Below, one piece after another: positions 35,105 to 41,975 of a stretch of 41,975 nucleotides of DNA. Position numbers and translations under genes: made by a program. The stretch is from Octopus bimaculoides (taxonomy: Eukaryota): positions 29,328,087 through 29,370,061 of the forward strand of contig NC_068988.1 in NCBI RefSeq assembly GCF_001194135.2, given 5' to 3'. The notes below the pieces were generated by a model. That model was not told the DNA's origin and searched no databases. It was given only the letters and a program-made list of their open reading frames with translations. Each line of letters begins with the position of its first letter. The stretch's first letter is position 1.

Positions 35105-35240
35105 ACAATGGGTTCCCACACAATTCCATCTACCAAATTCATTCATAAAGTGTTGGTGTTGGCTGGCCCAGGTGCCATGCAGTGGGACTGAACCTAGAGC
35201 TATGTGGTTAGGAAACAAACCTCTTGCCACACCTGCACCT
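35105..35240 (-). mobile_element. SINE family A head
   Basis: ccatctaccaaattc..cccaggtgccatgcagtgggactgaacc. Confidence 0.65.
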
Positions 35241-36049
35241 AATAATAGACAGCTGTAGTTCAACCTGGATGTGCATTCCCTTGCCTCTGCCAAAAATACT
35301 TAACTCTAAACTGCCCCAACCCTCTTAAGTGAGAATAGATACTTCAAATAAATGCAGTTTCTCACATGAGCCAGCATGAGATCATCTATATGGTCACTCA
35401 AACCTCTTGAAATAGAAGCCAAATCTCCCTCGAATCACATCCTACTATTTTAGAAAAGGATAAATTGGATAGCAGGATCCTGGGTTCAAATTCCCTTTAC
35501 ACAGAAAAAATAGACAGAGTGGTTAATGGCTGGAATGTTATGGATCGTAGGTCCTCTCAGTGAGGACTGGCCTGGGGCTAAATGATGACAGCCTGTTGTG
35601 TGTGTCTGTGTGTTCCCCACTAATGTTTGGCGATTGTAGTTGGTGTGTTTACATCCCTGTAACTTAGCAGTTCAGCGAAAGAAACCAACAGATTAAGTAC
35701 CAGGCTTAAAATCTGGTACTTATTACTGAATTCCAGACAAAAATAGTTCAAGAGAAACTATCAGAATAAAAGGACTTATAAGTAACAGCAAGCCACAGAG
35801 AAAAAACAATGTGTCTGGGAGGAGAAGCAGGCGACACATTTAAAGGTCACAACAGAGAGTATTAAACCAGAAACTTCAGAGCAATGACCATGGAAGTGCA
35901 TATAGAAAAGACACAACAAAGATATATTTCAATGATGAGTCAAAGCCTTCAGCTTAGTAGAAAGGAGAGGACTTTGCCATGTTAATAACTTGATTCTAAA
36001 TTCGATCAAGCAACTTCAGACAGTGGAGACACCAGTGCAAAGAATAACA

Positions 36050-36230
36050 GCAATGTTCAATGCAAAACTGAAAGGTGGCCTAATAGAAATACAGGGTACT
36101 GACAGGCTTAAGAAACTTACAGGCACAAAAAGGCAATTGCAGATATTATAGAGACGCATCATGAAGGAGAACATAGAATGTCAATAAGTTAATCTGCTCA
36201 TGGCATTCATAAATTTGAGCAGTTTTCACA
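36050..36230 (+). mobile_element. Highly decayed RTE-like RT fragment
   Basis: TGTKRQLQIL*RRIMKENIECQ*VNLLMAFINL resembles GTRDQIxxLRxIMEKxxExQxxLxMxFID. Confidence 0.45.
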
Positions 36231-36849
36231 TTTAAGCTAATGATAGGCATTTGGTGCTCCTTTGACCATTGTTTAGAATTTACAGCCATGTAGTTGATAT
36301 AATCAATAGCTCATCTATTGATTAACTGGTTTGTTTATTTGTTATCTGAGTCCGACACATGGATATTCCTTTGACAAGACAAACCAAACCAGTTTTTCTA
36401 CAGCTAATGGCTAAAATGAAAGAGTTAGTGTGAAGAACTAAACTGATGGTCAGACTTTTCTTCATCATGCTCCTCATGTTATCCTTCTAAACCATTTTTC
36501 TGTTGAAATACACAGACTTTGCTGTCGCTAATTGTGAAAGTAATGACGGATTTAATGACTAATGCCTGATTATAAGACCTTTCTTTATCATCCTCTTCAT
36601 GTTGTCTTAGCCCTTACCATAATTCTGTTCAAACATATTGTCTTTGTTGCAATTAATTTTGAAAAGAATGAAGAATTTAGTAAAATTATTTTGTCATTGT
36701 AAAGCAGGCATTTGAAACGTGAATCAACATGAAACTTTGATGAGAGGTTTCAGTTTAGTTCACTTCAAAACAGGAAGTCTGTATCATAGAAACAAAAGTA
36801 GTCTCAAGTTTTGTTTTAATTGTTGTGTGTTCAACAAAAGATTATCGTT

Positions 36850-36990
36850 TTCACATCCACTTTTCTATGCATACATGGGTCAGATGGAATTTACAGAGGC
36901 AGATTTTCTCTGTCCAGACATGTTTTTGCTAAACACTGGGAATGAATAACATTCATTTACAACAACCATGCCATGTTAAGACAAAAGAGA
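36850..36990 (-). mobile_element. Family D repeat, internally deleted
   Basis: acatccacttttctatgcatacatgggtcagatgg..gaggcagattttc..ccagacatgtttt. Confidence 0.65.
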
Positions 36991-37507
36991 CACAAACATA
37001 CTCACACACAAATACATACAGTAATACCTCACTTTACAAAGACCCGCAATACGAAACACTGGGTTTATGGGCTTTTACGAGTTTATTTTCTGTTCACGAG
37101 TCTTTGCTTTACGGGAATGAATTAACTCATACACTGAAGCATTACTGTACATGTGTGTGTGCATAGGTGTATGTATATACATATATATGTAAATACACAC
37201 AAACACACGCACATAATGGCCTTCTTAAAGTTTCCCGCTACCAAATCCATTCACAAGATTTTGACTATAAACCAGTGAGACAACCAGAAACTTATTAAAC
37301 CAACAGCAACTCCTGTACCTATTTTTATATATATGTATAGCCAAAGAGTAAAAACTAGAGGTGGGGTTAGGACAATATGCAACAGAGGGGGTTTAAAAAA
37401 AATCAAGTACTAGGCTTACAAAGAATAAGTCCTGGGGTCAATTTGCACTCGACTAAGGGCAGTGCTCCAGCATGGCCTCAGTCAAATGACTGAAACAAGT
37501 GAAAGAG

Positions 37508-37912
37508 TATACAGGCACAGAAGTTGCTGTGTGGTAAGTAGCCTGCTTACCAACCACGTGGTTCCAGGTTCAGTCCCACTGCATGGCACCTTGAGCAAGT
37601 GTCTTCTACTAGAGCCTCGGGCCGACCAAAGACCAGTGAGTTGATTTGGTAGATGGAAACTGAAAGAAGCCTGTTGATTATCTATATATATGTTTGTGTG
37701 TCTGTGTTTGTCCCCCAACCATCGCTTGACAACCAATGCAGGTGCATGTATGTCCTCGTAACTTAGTGGTTCGGCAAAAGAGACCGATAGAACAAGTACT
37801 AGGCTTACTAAGAATAAGTCCTGGAGCCAATTCACTCGACTAAAGACGGTGCTCCAGCATGGCCACAGTCAAAACGATTTAAACAAGTAAAAGAATAAAA
37901 GAATATATTAAA
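37508..37912 (+). mobile_element. Near full-length bipartite SINE A-B, preceded by an extra B tail (37385-37510)
   Basis: ctgtgtggtaag..ccaggttcagtcccactgcatggcaccttgagcaagtgtc..gaaactgaaagaagcc..tgtttgtccccc..ggtgctccagcatggcc..aagtaaaagaataaaag. Confidence 0.85.
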
Positions 37913-38529
37913 TTTTTAACATTGCTTTTTCTTTGCTTCACTTTACAAATGATTTTATTTGCAACCTTCCAATGGACAATAACATCACATAAAAACCAGT
38001 TAAGTATACATAGACCTCTACAATTCATCATTATCATTACTGCTGTCCATTTTCTTTTCTTTTTTTATATCTGCTTTCTACCACCACCACCACCACCACC
38101 ACCACCTCCTCCTCCTCCTCATAGCACTCAGTTCACCTCTGTATTCTCTGGTACATAGACTTATGTGTGTATGTATATACTTATTTATATCTAATTCACG
38201 AACTACACAGGATGTGGTGGTGTGCCCAGTCATGTCTTTTGATTTCTCTCTCATTTACGTAAATGGAATATCACCCACGGTTTCCACTAATTTCTCTTTG
38301 AGTAATTCTCATTATATAAAAAGTAGGTAAAAAAAAACAAAACAAAACAAAACAACAATCAGTATACATTTTCTTCATTCATAACAAATAAAGTTAAACT
38401 AAGTCTTCTACCTAGATGTCAATCTGCTAGAAATAGCAGCAAAATTTTCTTTAAATAACACCTTACAGCTGTAAAGTCTACATTGGACATTGGATACAAA
38501 ATGCTTGGAAAAACAAGATGTGATGGCCA

Positions 38530-38845
38530 TCATCATCATCATCGTTTAACGTCCACTTTCCATGCTAGTATGGGTTGGATGATTTGACTGAGGACTGGCA
38601 AGCCAGAAGGCTGCTCCAGGCTCCAATCTGATTTGGCAGAGTTTCTACAGCTGGATGCCCTTCCTAACGCCAACCACTCTAAGAGTGTATTGGGTGCTTT
38701 TACGTGCCACCGGCACGAAGGCCAGTCAGGTGGTACTGGCAACGGCCACGCTCAAAATGGTGTATTTTACGTGCCACCTGTACAGGAGCCAGTCCAGCGG
38801 CACTGGCAACGACCTCGCTCGAATGTCTTTTCACGTGCCAGTAAG
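38530..38845 (-). mobile_element. Family C repeat
   Basis: (cat)n cgtttaacgtccactttccatgc..gatgcccttcctaacgccaaccactc plus internal sub-repeats. Confidence 0.85.
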
Positions 38846-38939
38846 TCGATGCTGGAATTATTATTTAAATTGTTAAAGACCTGCTCAATCAGAACCAATC
38901 TAGGAATAAACAACAGAAAGAACAGCAAACCTTAAAAAC

Positions 38940-39141
38940 CCGTGGTTTTCAACTAGGGTCCATACGAGATTTTGTTGTTAAAATTTAAATGTAATAAAGT
39001 AGTTATACTTCCGCAATACACAACACGTTTTAACAATGATTTTATTAGAATTTTTTGAAAATCAAATGGTTATGAGGATTTGTCCCAGTAAAATAGTAAT
39101 CAAAGGTTCCATGGGTAATTAAACATAGTTGAGAAACACTG
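38940..39141. mobile_element. hAT-like MITE
   Basis: Ends ccgtggttttcaacta / tagttgagaaacactg (13/16 inverted); flanks ttaaaaac / ttttaaac (6/8). A lone similar end, aggttgagaaacactg, lies near 29375-29390. Confidence 0.55.
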
Positions 39142-39400
39142 TTTTAAACCAAAGAGTTTATAATTTTGATATCTCAGTCATTTTTCAAGTAATGACCTTC
39201 ATCCAATGCCCTTGAGGCAAATAATCGGTCAACAACCAAACAAAGTTCTTAACAGTATTTGAATATATCCCTTCATGCTTTCAATTCAAAAATTGCTAAA
39301 GTCAACTTTGCCTGATGTCCTTCAAGAAAGTACTAAAAAGGATCAATTCAGCCAAACATTTCTTCTCAACAGATATACTATGTCTGTGAGACAATTTAAA

Positions 39401-39442
<42 letters not shown>

Positions 39443-39994
39443 GAAGTGAAAGAGGGTGGTGAGCTTGCTCGGGGCTGACCTGGGCTTCAACAACAAGTTA
39501 TTGCCATCAGCAAGATTTGAGATGGTTTGAATGAAAAGTTTATTAAATATGAAATACATGCAATGCCAAATGCAATAACAGATAACCAAAAAAAAGACAA
39601 AAAAAAAACTCAGAGAACTTCTGAAAAATTTTAGGATGTAAAAAGTTTTTCCACTGAACAAAAATACTCAAGAAAATAGTTTGATAGAATCATAATAAAT
39701 AATAAAATAATATTCAGTGCTCGAGGTAGAATTTCAAACATTGTGCTCAGAAAAGTGGAGATGAAGAAGAAAGATTGGAGGAAAGGAACTTCAAATCAAT
39801 AATGGCTATGCTGTGTGTATGCGTGCATGCATGTGTGTGTTTGTATGCGTGTGTGTTTATATGTAGGTCTGCATGTGTGTGTGTGTGTGTGCGTAAAAGT
39901 ACATAGAGTTTCCAAAATTGATAGGCTTGAAAACGAGCAGTTGGTAACATGAAGAAAATAGAAAAGTCTTGATCTTGTCTATAATTTATTGCAG

Positions 39995-40045
39995 CGACGT
40001 ACTGCAATGTTCAACTTATATTACAACATTTCGATGAGAAATTTG
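39995..40045 (+). CDS. Candidate 51-nt exon (TYCNVQLILQHFDEKF or RRTAMFNLYYNISMRNL), gene unknown
   Basis: ataatttattgcag | 51 nt | TTG gtaagt; consensus donor, frame-preserving length, two frames open. Confidence 0.3.
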
Positions 40046-40689
40046 GTAAGTTTGGCAGAAATGTAAAGCTGAATGAATGAAAGCCAGCCAACCAGTTAGC
40101 CATTAGACCTTTGCTTCCATCATCATTGTCATCAAAATCATTGTAGCCATCATCATCATCACTATCATTAACAGAAGAAGAGAAAGAAGCATTTTCTGTA
40201 TATTGCTCATAGTTTAGGTCTGATGATTTCTGCAAAAGACACTCTCTTCCAACCCTACGTTGCTTCACTGAAGTTTTCATGCTCAGATAGTTTGTATAGT
40301 TCTGTACATGTGTTGAAGCTGTTTATACAGTTCTTTGGTACACGAGTCAAAGCAAGTATTGTTGTCACTTTACAGTTAAATGCCCATCCTTAACAGAAGC
40401 CATACAAATGTGTTGACATGCATAAACAGGATGGATATATGTCTTCTGATGTAAAACGGTATTCGACAAGAAAATTAGTGATGTTCAGCATAACTAAACA
40501 CTAACACTAATATAAATAACACAAATAGAGGAATAAATTTATGTCATAAGGAATATATTCGAATGGTTACATGTTTTCTATTTGTAACCCTCCTCAATAT
40601 TGTTGTTGTCAGTCATTGTTGCTGTTTAGTTTCAGGTCAGGTCCGACTGAACAGACCTTAAATCAAAAACCAGGGAGCATATATCCTTA

Positions 40690-40882
40690 GATTCTAACGA
40701 ACATTCTTGTCTTTTATCTTCTGTTTTGGTCACTGGATTATGACTGTGCTTCAAGGGGTTTTGCCAAACATATTGACTCTGGAAATTTCTTTTCTTTTTA
40801 AGTTTGGTATTTACTTTATAAGTCTCTTTTGCCAAGCCACTAAGTTAAACAAATCAACACCAGTTGTCAAGTGGCATGGAAG

Positions 40883-40916
<34 letters not shown>

Positions 40917-41070
40917 ACAGGCTTCCATACACACACCAAAATCATACAAAAGACATTGGTTGGCTTGGGACTCTAGTAGAAGACATTTGCCCAAGGTTCC
41001 AAGCAGTGGAATTGAACCAGAGACCACATGATTGCAAAGCAAGCTTCTTAACCACACAGCCATGCCTGCA
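40690..41070 (-). mobile_element. Bipartite SINE A-(CA)n-B
   Basis: B tail, then (CA)n, then A head (tagtagaagacatttgcccaagg..cttcttaaccacacagccatgcctg). Confidence 0.75.
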
Positions 41071-41219
41071 CCTTTATACATTTTTCTTAATCATTCATTC
41101 TTGAGCCCTAGGACTCCTAAGGCCTGTTACCAAGTTTTCATGGCATAGAGGTGATCAAGATCACAATGTTTTCCTGAATGAGAAACCACACATTTGCAGA
41201 GTCTATGGCCAATAATTTG

Positions 41220-41370
41220 AAATGGGGAGGACAAGTCAGTTACATCAACCCCTGTACTTGACTGGTACTTTATTTTATCAACCCCAAAGGAATGAAAGGC
41301 ATGGCAGGATTTGAACTCAGAATGTAATTTGTCCAATGTACTAACAATTCTGCCAGCTCACCACCTTAAA
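41220..41370 (-). mobile_element. SINE family E
   Basis: gttacatcaacccctgtacttgactggtac..atttgaactcagaatg..tctgccagctcaccacc. Confidence 0.75.
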
Positions 41371-41379
41371 CATTATAAG

Positions 41380-41645
41380 TCATCATCACTTAACATTCAC
41401 TCTCCATGAGGGCATGGGTTTGATGGTCTGACTGGACCTGATAAGCCAGAGAGCTGCACCAGATTCCAGTCTGATTTGGCAGAGTTTCTACAGCTTGATG
41501 CCCTTCCTAACGCCAACCACTCCAAGAGTGTAGTGGGTGCTTTTACGTGCCACCGGCACGAGGGCCAGTCAGGTGGTACTGGCAATGGCCACGCTCAAAA
41601 TGGTGTTTTTTACATGCCACCTGCACGGGAGCCAATCCAGTGGCA
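41380..41645 (-). mobile_element. Family C repeat
   Basis: Closely matches 38540-38790. Confidence 0.85.
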
Positions 41646-41688
41646 CATATCCACCTTGGAATCCTCTGTGTAGTGGGTTGATCCACTA

Positions 41689-41775
41689 CTCAGGAAGAGA
41701 CTATTCTAGAGTACGTTCTGTCTTATCTTCGAAACGTCTAGATAGAATAGAGACAGCTGATGAAGGGATATTCCA
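41689..41775 (+). other. Degenerate tandem hammerhead-like motifs (Penelope pLTR-like remnant)
   Basis: CTCAGGA..GAAACGTC (41731-41738), then CTGATGA A GGGATA (41757-41770). Confidence 0.35.
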
Positions 41776-41975
41776 AGTGGCTTTCCGTTTTCCTATATGT
41801 TCGTTCCGTTGTCTGTAGTTTATTGTTCTAACGTCCTGTACCCTGATATGCATGTATATACACATGTAGATGTAAGTATGTACATATATGTGTGTATACA
41901 TGTATATATATTCTTTGTATTATTACATTATTGAACGCACACGTCCTTTTTTGCAAGTAAGTCTACTATTATTCT

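Noticed and set aside
36480-36850. Possible piggyBac-like MITE fragments, with a similar stretch at 32281-32350
   Set aside because: Termini and TTAA TSDs could not be shown within the window.
40011-40280. Acidic ORF (SDDDDGYNDFDDNDD)
   Set aside because: The acidic run is a degenerate (GAT)n microsatellite; donor sites are weak.

Overview
AT-rich, repeat-saturated eukaryotic DNA from a gapped draft assembly with six N gaps. The SINE families and extreme microsatellite density point to an octopus (coleoid cephalopod) genome; this is an inference from pattern recognition, not a database result. No protein-coding gene can be identified. Nearly all ORFs in the supplied track are microsatellite, gap or repeat artefacts, and only a few short exon-like segments are possible. 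The window reads as intronic or intergenic DNA containing many SINE-like repeats (my labels: A-B bipartite, C, D, E, F), decayed non-LTR retrotransposons (R4/Dong-like, RTE-like), several MITE-like elements, a 15-bp tandem array and compound microsatellites. Most repeat boundaries are approximate. The most interesting object is a 584-bp block (10529-11112) flanked by an exact 13-bp direct repeat (AGAACTTTTTATA). It holds two head-to-head copies of a short repeat, each with a minimal type I hammerhead-ribozyme motif of the Penelope-associated kind, plus a tRNA-like Pol III head. Two more partial hammerhead-like motifs in unrelated repeats lie at about 635 and 41690-41770, and a 110-nt hairpin lies at 22132-22241.
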